Below the pieces are notes generated by a model that worked only from the letters and a program-made list of their open reading frames with translations, was not told the DNA's origin and searched no databases. The position numbers and the translations under genes were made by a program. A stretch of DNA of 64,000 bases from the NCBI GenBank assembly GCA_003252295.1, contig QKEV01000003.1:64701-128700 (forward strand). The letters run 5' to 3'. The stretch is from a bacterium. GTDB taxonomy: Bacteria > Patescibacteriota > Minisyncoccia > Phycocordibacterales > UBA12088. This document shows, piece by piece, positions 56,204 to 64,000 of the stretch. Position 1 is the stretch's first letter. The number at the start of each line of letters is the position of its first letter.

Positions 56204-56725
56204 ATGTCTACTCAGAGAATTGCTGTACTATTTAGTGTTTTTTTACTGCTTATCGTTGTGGCTGTGTTCGTGCTGAAAGGGCAAGAGGTGGTAGCTCCAG
56301 TGAATGTTGATGAGGTAACTACTCCTGTTGATGAGGTACGTGATACAAAAAATATTCTTGATTTGAGTAACCAGTCATTGATCGCAATGCCTGACTACGT
56401 TCTTGAAGCGACACAACTGGAGGTGCTTAATCTGTCACGTAACAACATCAGTGAAACCTTGCCTGCTGAAATCCGTTTCCTTACAAACCTGCGCGTGCTT
56501 GATATTTCTCATAACAGCTTTACAAATGTGCCAGCTGAGGTTGGGCAGCTCACGGAGCTCACGGAGCTTAACCTTTCATACAACAAGCTCACAGGATTGC
56601 CACATGAAATTGGTAACCTGCAAAAACTGCAAGTACTCGACGTGCGGGGTAACGAGTATTCAGAAACAGATATGGAGGTGATTCGTGCAGCCTTGCCATC
56701 TTCAACAAACATTATTACCGACTAG
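56204..56725 (+). CDS. Leucine-rich repeat protein, membrane-anchored
   Basis: N-terminal TM, then 5-6 LRRs (LxxLxLSxNxIxxLPxEI...). Confidence 0.7.
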   Translation: MSTQRIAVLFSVFLLLIVVAVFVLKGQEVVAPVNVDEVTTPVDEVRDTKNILDLSNQSLIAMPDYVLEATQLEVLNLSRNNISETLPAEIRFLTNLRVLDISHNSFTNVPAEVGQLTELTELNLSYNKLTGLPHEIGNLQKLQVLDVRGNEYSETDMEVIRAALPSSTNIITD

Positions 56726-57496
56726 TTGTATATGTCAGATTTCTACAAGGTTCCAAGAACGAGAGGATTGTACAGGACGGATGCACGCGAGCCATTCAAA
56801 ATTTCTCGAAGTAAGCTCGAACTATCTCTTGAATGTCCTCGTTGCTTTTACATTGACCGTAAACTTGGGGTGGGGCGTCCACCAGGGTTTCCGTTTAACC
56901 TAAACTCAGCAGTAGATACGCTTCTGAAACGTGAGTTTGACATGCACCGAGTGGCGGGTACGAAGCATCCACTACAGGAACACTATGGTGTAGATGCGAT
57001 TCCTGTTGCTCATGAAGACCTAGATACATGGCGACATAACTTTACTGGTGTGCAGGTGCTTCATGAGCCGACCAACTTTATGGTGTTTGGTGCTATAGAT
57101 GATCTTTGGGAGAACACTGACGGTGAGTACGTGGTGGTTGACTACAAGGCTACCTCAAAGTCTGAGAAGATCGAAGCACTTGATAAAGAGTGGCATGGAG
57201 GATACAAACGACAAATGGAAATATATCAGTGGCTCCTACGACAGAAGGGGTACACGGTGTCTGATACAGGATACTTTGTGTACTGTAATGGAGATGCTGA
57301 TAGAGAGGCATTTGACGCACGTCTTGAGTTTGATGTGACGCTCATACCATATACAGGTGATGATAGTTGGGTAGAGGGAGCTATACGTGATGCAAAAGAG
57401 ATACTTGATAGTGAGATGCTTCCAGAAGCGTCATCTGATTGTGACTACTGTACGTTCTTCTATGAACGTGGTAAGTGTGAGAAAAAGACTAGCTGA
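56726..57496 (+). CDS. PD-(D/E)xK nuclease (Cas4/RecB-like) with Cys cluster
   Basis: N-terminal CPRC, core VVVDYKATSK (D...(D/E)xK), and C-terminal CDYCTFFYERGKC, as in Cas4/AddB-type Fe-S nucleases. No cas genes or array nearby. Confidence 0.55.
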   Translation: MYMSDFYKVPRTRGLYRTDAREPFKISRSKLELSLECPRCFYIDRKLGVGRPPGFPFNLNSAVDTLLKREFDMHRVAGTKHPLQEHYGVDAIPVAHEDLDTWRHNFTGVQVLHEPTNFMVFGAIDDLWENTDGEYVVVDYKATSKSEKIEALDKEWHGGYKRQMEIYQWLLRQKGYTVSDTGYFVYCNGDADREAFDARLEFDVTLIPYTGDDSWVEGAIRDAKEILDSEMLPEASSDCDYCTFFYERGKCEKKTS

Positions 57497-58334
57497 GCAC
57501 ATCCTCTTCTAGGGTGAGTGTCGCTAAACCAAAGCCGTCAGGGAGAGGAAACTCTTCATCTTCATTGTGTTCGTGTGGTGCCACGTATGATACGGTCATC
57601 ATGAGTGCAAAGCCGAGTGTCATCATGAGGAAGTAGTGGTGGTGTGCACCATCTCTCTTTGCATGTGTGAGTACACTTGGCAACAGGTCACGAAACAAAA
57701 TGTAAACAAAACCGCCAGCAGAAAAGGCGATTAGGTACACACTGTAGTCACCAATTGATGCGATAAGGAGAGAACAGACAACACCAATAAGGATAGTTGC
57801 GGAAACAGCAAAGTTCCATAAGAGTGCTCGTCGAGTAGTATAACCAGCTTCTTTGAGAATGAAAAATTCAGCGATCTCCTGGACGATCTCATGGAGAAGG
57901 ATACCGAGTGTCGTTCCAATTCCGATAACTGGAGAAATGAGAAATGCTGGTACAAGGGTAAGTCCATCATGAACATTATGAATCGCGTCTCCGACAAGCA
58001 CCCTTCGAGCATCGATAGAAGAAAACGTTTTTTGTTCACAATCACCGTGATGATGGTGATGTGAATCTTTTGGTAATAGTCGAGTGATTCCTTCAAGAAG
58101 TAGTCCTCCAAAAATGAAAGCAAGTACGGTAATGTATGAAAAATTTTCATGAATAACTTCACCTCCAAGGTTAAGGATGATCGCTGCAAAAACACCAACA
58201 GCTAGAGCAACGAAGTAGGGAAGTCGTGGACGGAGCCAGTCACCGAGTGTTTTCCATGCAAATACAGCACCTGAAAGTGAGGCGAGCATAATAGTAAAAG
58301 CAGCAATAGTAACGTAAAAAATAAATGGAATCAT
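57489..58334 (-). CDS. ZIP family metal (zinc) transporter
   Basis: His-rich loop HHHHHGDCEQ, HNVHDGLTL and LHEIVQEIAEF (ZupT/ZIP signatures). A TATAAT box lies immediately upstream of the ATG at 58334. Confidence 0.75.
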   Translation of the reverse strand: MIPFIFYVTIAAFTIMLASLSGAVFAWKTLGDWLRPRLPYFVALAVGVFAAIILNLGGEVIHENFSYITVLAFIFGGLLLEGITRLLPKDSHHHHHGDCEQKTFSSIDARRVLVGDAIHNVHDGLTLVPAFLISPVIGIGTTLGILLHEIVQEIAEFFILKEAGYTTRRALLWNFAVSATILIGVVCSLLIASIGDYSVYLIAFSAGGFVYILFRDLLPSVLTHAKRDGAHHHYFLMMTLGFALMMTVSYVAPHEHNEDEEFPLPDGFGLATLTLEEDVLS

Positions 58335-58422
58335 TGTGTGATTATACAGCAAAATACTGTTGCATGGCATGTAAAAAACGTGTATATCAATAGTACTACT
58401 TGTTACTAATTAATAAGAATAT

Positions 58423-58839
58423 ATGAAAAGTTTTTTTGAGGAATTTAAAACATTTGCAATGCGTGGGAACGTCCTCGATCTTGCTATAGCTGTCGTTGTT
58501 GGTGGCGCATTTGGAAAGATAGTCACCTCACTCACGAATGATATCATTATGCCAATCGTTGGGTTGCTCACTGGCGGCATGGATTTCAGTAGTCTTGTGT
58601 GGACACTCAAGGATGCTCATGATGATGTTGCGGCAGTTACCGTGAACTACGGTATTTTCATTAACACTATCGTTTCTTTTATTATTGTTGCATTTTCTAT
58701 CTTTATGCTCGTAAAGACCTTGAATAAATTGCAAGAGTTACAAAAGGAGAAGGAGGAGAAAAAGGAAGAGAAAGAAGAGAAAAAACCATCACGAGAAGAA
58801 GTATTACTCACAGAAATTCGTGATCTCTTGAAAAAGTAG
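58423..58839 (+). CDS. mscL: Large-conductance mechanosensitive channel
   Basis: [40 protein letters not shown] is the MscL TM1/S1 signature; C-terminal charged helix. Confidence 0.85.
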   Translation: MKSFFEEFKTFAMRGNVLDLAIAVVVGGAFGKIVTSLTNDIIMPIVGLLTGGMDFSSLVWTLKDAHDDVAAVTVNYGIFINTIVSFIIVAFSIFMLVKTLNKLQELQKEKEEKKEEKEEKKPSREEVLLTEIRDLLKK

Positions 58840-58874
58840 TTGGAACACAGTGGTCATTCTTTGGTACAGTGTAG

Positions 58875-59384
58875 ATGATGAAAAAGACACTGACTTTGAA
58901 AGAGGTTCTCATCTTTATTTTGGCAGCTACGGTTGTGAGTGCTGCTGTCCTGTTTGTTACCCAGTACTACACAAACAAGGTTGCCTACAGCAGAGCTATT
59001 CACGAACTTAGACAAATACAGAAAGCTGTGTACCTGTACCAAGACAACCATGGAGGTATGTACCCACCTGAAGCCGATGGCTTGCTGCCACCTGAGCTTG
59101 GAGAGTACTTGTCGCCTGATAGTGACTGGGAGCATGCGCCATTTCCTGGAAGTCACTATGACTGGGATAATTGGGCACCAGAAGATCTGGCATACCCTCC
59201 CTCTGAACAGGTTCGACAGGTAAGTGTACGTTTCTGTGATACTGCTAATGGGGTATGTGCGTTTCCAAGTGAGGAGTGGTCACAGGGTTTTGATGAGTAC
59301 AGTGCACTGTACCTATGTTTAGAAGGTCCTTGCCGGTCTCATGCCACGCAGCCAGTGACACATCCTGGGATTAGTGTAAATTAG
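58875..59384 (+). CDS. Type IV pilin-like protein with atypical prepilin N-terminus (no Gly at -1)
   Basis: MMKKTLTLKEVLIFILAATVVSAAVLFV has Glu at +5 and a hydrophobic helix like pilins (GFTLIELLIV...), followed by an alpha/beta pilin-like region with a C-terminal Cys pair. Confidence 0.4.
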   Translation: MMKKTLTLKEVLIFILAATVVSAAVLFVTQYYTNKVAYSRAIHELRQIQKAVYLYQDNHGGMYPPEADGLLPPELGEYLSPDSDWEHAPFPGSHYDWDNWAPEDLAYPPSEQVRQVSVRFCDTANGVCAFPSEEWSQGFDEYSALYLCLEGPCRSHATQPVTHPGISVN

Positions 59385-59389
59385 AGTAC

Positions 59390-60115
59390 ATGAAGCATGG
59401 TGAGGTTACTCTGGCACTGGAGAAGGTTGCCACATCCGCGTGTGCTGTTTCTAGTGCACGTTTTTTTAAGATGGGGGAGGGTGAGTATGGAGCAGGTGAT
59501 GAATTTATCGGTGTGACTGTTCCAGAGCAGAGGAAAGTGGCACGACAATTTGCTACACTTCCTCTTGCTGAGGTGAAAAAACTACTCAAGAGTAAAAAAC
59601 ATGAACATAGATTTACGGCACTCCTCATACTTGTGGAGCGTTACAAGGGGGGTGACGAAGTTGAAAAAAAAGCAGTTGTTGATTTCTACCTGACACACCT
59701 TGATAGGGTGAATAATTGGGATCTGGTTGACACATCTGCGTACCAGATACTTGGTGATTACTGCGTTCTTAAAGATGCCTCAGAACCGCTATATGCACTT
59801 GTCAGAGAGTCGGATATGTGGAAGCGACGGGTTGGTATTGTGGGGACATTTGCCTATATCAAAAAGGGTAAACTTGAACACACCTTTATGATTGCTGAAC
59901 AGCTACTTTCAGACAAGGAAGACCTTTTACATAAGGCAACAGGGTGGATGCTTCGTGAAGCAGGTAAGAAAAATATGGCTATACTAAAGCGTTTTTTAAA
60001 AAAACATGGTACACTCATACCACGAACCACACTTCGCTATGCTATAGAAAAATTTCCAGAACATGAACGAAAGGTGTGGTTAAAAAGTGAAAGAAAGTAT
60101 GCTAAAAAAACGTAG
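59390..60115 (+). CDS. DNA alkylation repair enzyme (AlkD/AlkC-like HEAT-repeat glycosylase family)
   Basis: HEAT-like helical repeats with the ...RFTALLILVERY...NNWDLVD...MWKRRVGIV...GWMLRE pattern typical of PF08713. Confidence 0.55.
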   Translation: MKHGEVTLALEKVATSACAVSSARFFKMGEGEYGAGDEFIGVTVPEQRKVARQFATLPLAEVKKLLKSKKHEHRFTALLILVERYKGGDEVEKKAVVDFYLTHLDRVNNWDLVDTSAYQILGDYCVLKDASEPLYALVRESDMWKRRVGIVGTFAYIKKGKLEHTFMIAEQLLSDKEDLLHKATGWMLREAGKKNMAILKRFLKKHGTLIPRTTLRYAIEKFPEHERKVWLKSERKYAKKT

Positions 60116-60692
60116 TATTGATACGGTGAAATTTGGAGCAGAAAAAAGCGATGAAGAAATAATGATCGGTGTTTCTGCTGACCCAGAACTTTTTGGTGTG
60201 CTCATTGAACGCTATGAAGTAAAGCTTACACGCTACCTGCTTCGTATTATGCCTGGACTTCGTGAGGAGGTAGATGATCTCTTGCAAGAAGTTTTTATTA
60301 AGGCATACGTGCACGTGAATGGTTTTGATCCAAAACAGAAATTTTCCTCATGGATCTATCGAATAGCACACAATGAGGCAGTGAGCTGGCTCAGAAAAAA
60401 GAAAGCACGACCAGAACTCATTGAACTTGGGGAAGAGGATTTTCAAACATTTAGTCAGTCAATAGAAGATGCGTTTGATGAGAAAGAGACTGTGTTTGCA
60501 AAAGATGAGGTTGCGAGAATCATTGGGGAGATGGAAGAACGGTACCGGTCAGTACTGGTTCTCAAGTTTCTTGAAGGCAGGAATTACGATGAGATCAGCG
60601 ATATTTTAGAGGTACCTACAGGTACCGTAGCAACGCTCATACATAGAGCAAAAAAACAATTTAGTAGTTTGTATCATAAACATCATGAGTAA
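60087..60692 (+). CDS. ECF-type RNA polymerase sigma factor (sigma-70 family, group 4)
   Basis: Region 2 ...LLQEVFIKAYVHVNGFDPKQKFSSWIYRIAHNEAVSWLRKKK; region 4 HTH NYDEISDILEVPTGTVATLIHRAKKQF. Confidence 0.75.
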   Translation: MKESMLKKRSIDTVKFGAEKSDEEIMIGVSADPELFGVLIERYEVKLTRYLLRIMPGLREEVDDLLQEVFIKAYVHVNGFDPKQKFSSWIYRIAHNEAVSWLRKKKARPELIELGEEDFQTFSQSIEDAFDEKETVFAKDEVARIIGEMEERYRSVLVLKFLEGRNYDEISDILEVPTGTVATLIHRAKKQFSSLYHKHHE

Positions 60693-61581
60693 CACAGAAG
60701 GAAAAGAAAAGGAGAGTAAAGACAACAGTACGACTGTAGGTAAGATGCGTGCTCGGATATTGGATACCATCAAGACGGAGGGGATTTCACCAAAACCAAA
60801 GTGGCACTTCCTTTTAAAAGAGTGGGTCATCTGGGTTACCGCAGGGATTGCGTTCCTGCTAGGTGCTATTGCGACGACGCTCACCATATACATGCTCAAC
60901 GTGAACCGTTTTATGGAGCATGTGATAGAGATCACAGATGCTGATTTTTGGTTCAGTGTGGTACCACTTCTTTGGATACTGCTAGTTGTTGTGGGAATTT
61001 TCTACACAGTGTATGCAGCACGTGAGTCAAAAAAAGGCTATAAATGGAGTCTTTCTTGGCTTGTTAGTATTGCACTTTTCGGTAGTGTTGTACTTGGAAC
61101 AAGTGCATACGCCGTCGGTGCGGGAGATGTTATTGATGGATACCTGCTCACAAAAATGCCGCTGTACAAAAAAATGACCCACTTTGAACCAGATCACTGG
61201 ATGGATATCGATAATGGAGTGGTAGTTGGTATGGTGACTAGTGTACTTTCTGAAGGTTGTACAGTTGAGCGTATGGATACTCATACTCCACTCACTATTC
61301 TGTTTGATACAGAGACAGAAATACTCACACCTAATCAAGAGATATTACTCAATGCACCAGTAAAGATCATTGGAGAAGAAGTTACCGATGATACTTTCTA
61401 TGCAAAAGAAGTAGAACCGTTCATGGGAAGAGGTGGCGGTATGTTCCGTCCGCCCGAAATGATGCAAGATGAGCTACCTGGAAACGGTGTGATGAATGGT
61501 GCCATGCTCATGCAAAGTTCAGGGCAGGGTAACATGCAAAATTTTCAAAAAAGATACAAGATTTTGATGGAAGATTTTTGA
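60685..61581 (+). CDS. Putative anti-sigma factor / membrane protein co-transcribed with the ECF sigma
   Basis: Overlaps the sigma gene stop by 8 nt. It has a cytoplasmic N-terminus, TM helices and an extracytoplasmic domain. Confidence 0.4.
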   Translation: MSNTEGKEKESKDNSTTVGKMRARILDTIKTEGISPKPKWHFLLKEWVIWVTAGIAFLLGAIATTLTIYMLNVNRFMEHVIEITDADFWFSVVPLLWILLVVVGIFYTVYAARESKKGYKWSLSWLVSIALFGSVVLGTSAYAVGAGDVIDGYLLTKMPLYKKMTHFEPDHWMDIDNGVVVGMVTSVLSEGCTVERMDTHTPLTILFDTETEILTPNQEILLNAPVKIIGEEVTDDTFYAKEVEPFMGRGGGMFRPPEMMQDELPGNGVMNGAMLMQSSGQGNMQNFQKRYKILMEDF

Positions 61582-61716
61582 GTTCCTGAATATAAAAAAG
61601 TGGCTAAAAATAAGTTTGAAAACTAATTTTCTCGTGTGGAAAATAGTAACAATTTGGTACATCTCTGAGTGGTAAAATATATATGAAAAACTGCGTGAAC
61701 GAGACGTTATTTTTCG

Positions 61717-63828
61717 GTGTATTGTATGCCACCATCAAACAGATATAGCCCCCACAGAAGTCACACAATTGTACTCAAACCGAGGGGTATTGTTGCGTCT
61801 CGTACTCAAATATATGGCTCAAAACAAGGACATTTTGTTTATGCTCGTGGTTCGCCGCCACTTGCGTTTTCGGGAATGAGAAGAAAAGATGTGCACCCAC
61901 CTCCACGGCAACAGTCTCTTCCTCCTCAAAAACATATAGAAGATTCAAAAAACAGAACTGACCTTCTGGTGCGTTTTGGTATTGACAGTACGCTTGGACG
62001 TGTGGTGTCACGTATTTTGATACTTCTGATGCTTACGCAACCAATTTATGTTGCGCTCGGTATGGAGCTGGAAGATGGAACAGTGACACTTGATACACAA
62101 GAGGAAGCCCCTGTAATTGAAGAGGTTGAGGAACCAGTTGTAGAAGAAGTTGAAGAGGTTGAGGAAGCTTCAAAAGAGGTTTTTGTTTCTGAAGATGAAG
62201 AGTTGCATGATGAAGATCTCGATGTTGACACCGATATCTCTCTGGACACAGAGGATGTTGTAGAAGAAGAGGAAGTTTTACTGAACGGTGATGATGTTAT
62301 CGAAGCTAGCTCTGATGAAGATTCTTCTGACAATGAACACACTGGTGTTGTTTTAGGTGATGCAACAGATGAAGGTGGTGTGGATGAGACCACAGGTACC
62401 ATATCTGATGATGAGCTTACTGATGAGATAGTGGCAGTGGATGATGAAGACAGTGGTACTGACGTAGCAAATGGAGATGAAACTGAAAGCGATGATGAGG
62501 CGAGTGCAGGTGGTTCTTCTTCTGGTTCCAGTGGTGGAAATGTACAGGATGATGAGGTGAGTGAAGAGGTTGCTGAAGAAATCACTGATGATACAGATGA
62601 TGTAATTGAAGAGGATGAGGTAACGGGAGAAACAGCAGATAGTGGCGACAGTTCGGTATCGTCTGATGATACAGAAGGACAAGATGAAGAGGTGGTTGCA
62701 GAAAATGAGGAAGGTATCATTGCTGTAGATGAGGAAGATGCTGCGGTGTATGTATCACAAAATCCAAACAGCAAGTACGTGTTTGGCGAGGGTGACTGTA
62801 CGCTCGTTTCTGATGGTGAATTCTACTGCATTGCCGAGGGACCTGAGCGTCAGGTTATGCTCGGTGATCCTCGAGTGTATGCAGAGAAAGATAGGGAGGG
62901 TGATAAGGAGATCTACTACTTTGATGGAGTAGAGGTGCGACGTATAACGAATAACAGTTACGATGATTTTGCGCCCGTGTTTGATGAAGAGACTATGCGT
63001 ATTGTCTGGCAGGCAATGCTCAATGATCGTTTGCAGATCATGATGTACGAAATACCAACAAACACCACACGACAGATTACAACAAGTCGCCAAAACAGCA
63101 GTAATCCAAGCATAGCGGGCGACCTGGTGGTGTGGCAGGAATGGATCGACACCAACTGGGAGATCATGATGACCGATGTGAACAATAATGGGCAAGCGTT
63201 CGAGATTGAACGACTTACTGACAATGCTGTTCATGATATGTTCCCGGCTGCGTACGAAGGACTCATTACCTGGCAGAGTGAGCGAGGTAGTTCATGGGAG
63301 GTGATTGTGTATGATTTGCGGACTGGTCAGAAGCATGCACTTGAGAAAGATGAAGATACCAAGTATGAGAATCCACGTTTCGTGCTCTTGTTTGATTCAA
63401 AGCATGAGAATGGTGATGTAGAAACTATTGGATACAACCTTGATACCGGTGAGATGATGGAGCTCGGTACGACACCGGCACCTATTCCAACTGAACCACT
63501 CACACCAAAAGATGAGACACCTGACGCAGTGGTGCGTGAAGCATCAAATAGTCCTCAGGTGCGTATAGAAACCGACGATAGTGGAAGTGGTGACGGTGGC
63601 GATGGTGGGGATGGTACCGGTACCGGGAACAATGTTGCTGATGTGATGAGTGATACCGCCACCACTACCGATGCAGGAACGGTTGTGCTGAGTCCAGTGA
63701 CTGTAGTTCCTAGTGAGACCGTGCAGGCAGTAGATGAGAGTGCTGTCATAGAGGTGGTTACCGAACTGGAAGAAACGGTAGGACAAGAGATGTCAGAAGT
63801 TGATACAACTAACGCTAGTGTGCTGTAG
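61717..63828 (+). CDS. Large membrane-anchored acidic protein with C-terminal TolB-like beta-propeller repeats
   Basis: TM ILILLMLTQPIYVALG, a ~250-aa Asp/Glu/Ser-rich low-complexity region, then PD40/WD40-like repeats (...YDDFAPVFDEETMRIVWQA...; ...VHDMFPAAYEGLITWQSER...). The start codon is uncertain. Confidence 0.45.
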   Translation: MYCMPPSNRYSPHRSHTIVLKPRGIVASRTQIYGSKQGHFVYARGSPPLAFSGMRRKDVHPPPRQQSLPPQKHIEDSKNRTDLLVRFGIDSTLGRVVSRILILLMLTQPIYVALGMELEDGTVTLDTQEEAPVIEEVEEPVVEEVEEVEEASKEVFVSEDEELHDEDLDVDTDISLDTEDVVEEEEVLLNGDDVIEASSDEDSSDNEHTGVVLGDATDEGGVDETTGTISDDELTDEIVAVDDEDSGTDVANGDETESDDEASAGGSSSGSSGGNVQDDEVSEEVAEEITDDTDDVIEEDEVTGETADSGDSSVSSDDTEGQDEEVVAENEEGIIAVDEEDAAVYVSQNPNSKYVFGEGDCTLVSDGEFYCIAEGPERQVMLGDPRVYAEKDREGDKEIYYFDGVEVRRITNNSYDDFAPVFDEETMRIVWQAMLNDRLQIMMYEIPTNTTRQITTSRQNSSNPSIAGDLVVWQEWIDTNWEIMMTDVNNNGQAFEIERLTDNAVHDMFPAAYEGLITWQSERGSSWEVIVYDLRTGQKHALEKDEDTKYENPRFVLLFDSKHENGDVETIGYNLDTGEMMELGTTPAPIPTEPLTPKDETPDAVVREASNSPQVRIETDDSGSGDGGDGGDGTGTGNNVADVMSDTATTTDAGTVVLSPVTVVPSETVQAVDESAVIEVVTELEETVGQEMSEVDTTNASVL

Positions 63829-63833
63829 GACAT

Positions 63834-64000
63834 ATGCAGAACAGGAGAACAGTACAAAAAAAGAATAAGGTAAATTTTCTGTCTAAGGTTCGCAAGGGTG
63901 TCTATGTGATAGTGGCATTCCTGCTCTCACTCGTTATTCTTATTACCGTCTTTTACTTTACACGGGATACGAAAGCAGCAGCAGGTGATTTTGCAATTTA
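63834..64000 (+). CDS. Hypothetical membrane protein, 3' truncated by window edge
   Basis: ATG at 63834; MQNRRTVQKKNKVNFLSKVRKGVYVIVAFLLSLVILITVFYF... open to the end of the window. Confidence 0.35.
   Translation, partial: MQNRRTVQKKNKVNFLSKVRKGVYVIVAFLLSLVILITVFYFTRDTKAAAGDFAI

Noticed and set aside
56726-57496. Cas4-like nuclease as evidence of a CRISPR-Cas locus
   Set aside because: No cas1/cas2/effector genes and no repeat array anywhere in the 64 kb. Cas4-like PD-(D/E)xK nucleases commonly occur alone.
62046-62774. 242-aa minus-strand Ser-rich ORF
   Set aside because: It is antisense to the acidic low-complexity segment of the 61717-63828 gene. It is a compositional artefact.
1-64000. 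Alternative genetic code (UGA or UAG reassignment) to explain the interrupted genes
   Set aside because: RF2 is encoded, many well-delimited genes end in TGA or TAG with terminators right after, and protein lengths match families. The in-frame TAG at 10419 and the RND frameshift are therefore treated as local lesions or errors.

Overview
This 64 kb window is a compact bacterial chromosomal segment, mostly coded on the plus strand, with about 60 protein genes, 5 tRNAs, many intrinsic terminators and several repeat families. GC content is moderate to low (roughly 40-45% by eye). The short intergenic spacers, an RF2 gene with no programmed frameshift, the many small secreted or membrane hypothetical proteins, and a type IV pilus-like ATPase and pilin suggest a reduced-genome, possibly Patescibacteria/CPR-like organism; that assignment is inference only.

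Recognisable housekeeping genes:
- gatA (3' end), prfB-ftsE-ftsX, pyrG, dcd, rlmB-like methyltransferase, 6-phosphogluconolactonase-like, CtpA S41 protease, mscL, an M29 aminopeptidase, a DEAD-box helicase, three Nudix hydrolases and an ECF sigma/anti-sigma pair.
- tRNA-Met(CAU), tRNA-Asp(GUC), tRNA-Thr(GGU), tRNA-Thr(CGU) and tRNA-Gln(CUG).

Most notable observations:
- A tightly overlapping four-gene module at 24.9-29.5 kb: a 7TM membrane protein, an ATP-grasp ligase fused to a retropepsin-like DTGA aspartic protease, a RimK-like ATP-grasp ligase, and a DUF1704/MATCAP-like HExxxH metallopeptidase. It looks like a protein C-terminal tail ligation/trimming system and is the best candidate for an experimentally undescribed system here.
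- A gene neighbourhood of a PilB/GspE-like ATPase, two single-domain receiver proteins, a kinase-degenerate HisKA protein and a MacAB-like HlyD/ABC exporter.
- A CsoR-like regulator next to an MFP plus an RND transporter that is broken by a frameshift.
- An EEP-family phosphoesterase interrupted by an in-frame TAG.
- A secreted/host-interaction-like repertoire: GH18 chitinase-like, subtilisin S8, prokaryotic phospholipase A2, an LRR protein, a membrane-anchored SH3b x3 protein with a cytoplasmic HEPN-like Rx4H domain, and a putative clan-CD (caspase-fold) cysteine peptidase.
- Several candidate structured or small RNAs with no recognisable family motifs, nested AT-rich palindromic operator-like repeats at two loci, a duplicated leader element flanking the subtilisin gene, and a 47-bp perfect direct repeat (terminator hairpin) bracketing a 183-bp insert.

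No CRISPR array, rRNA or obvious transposase was seen.
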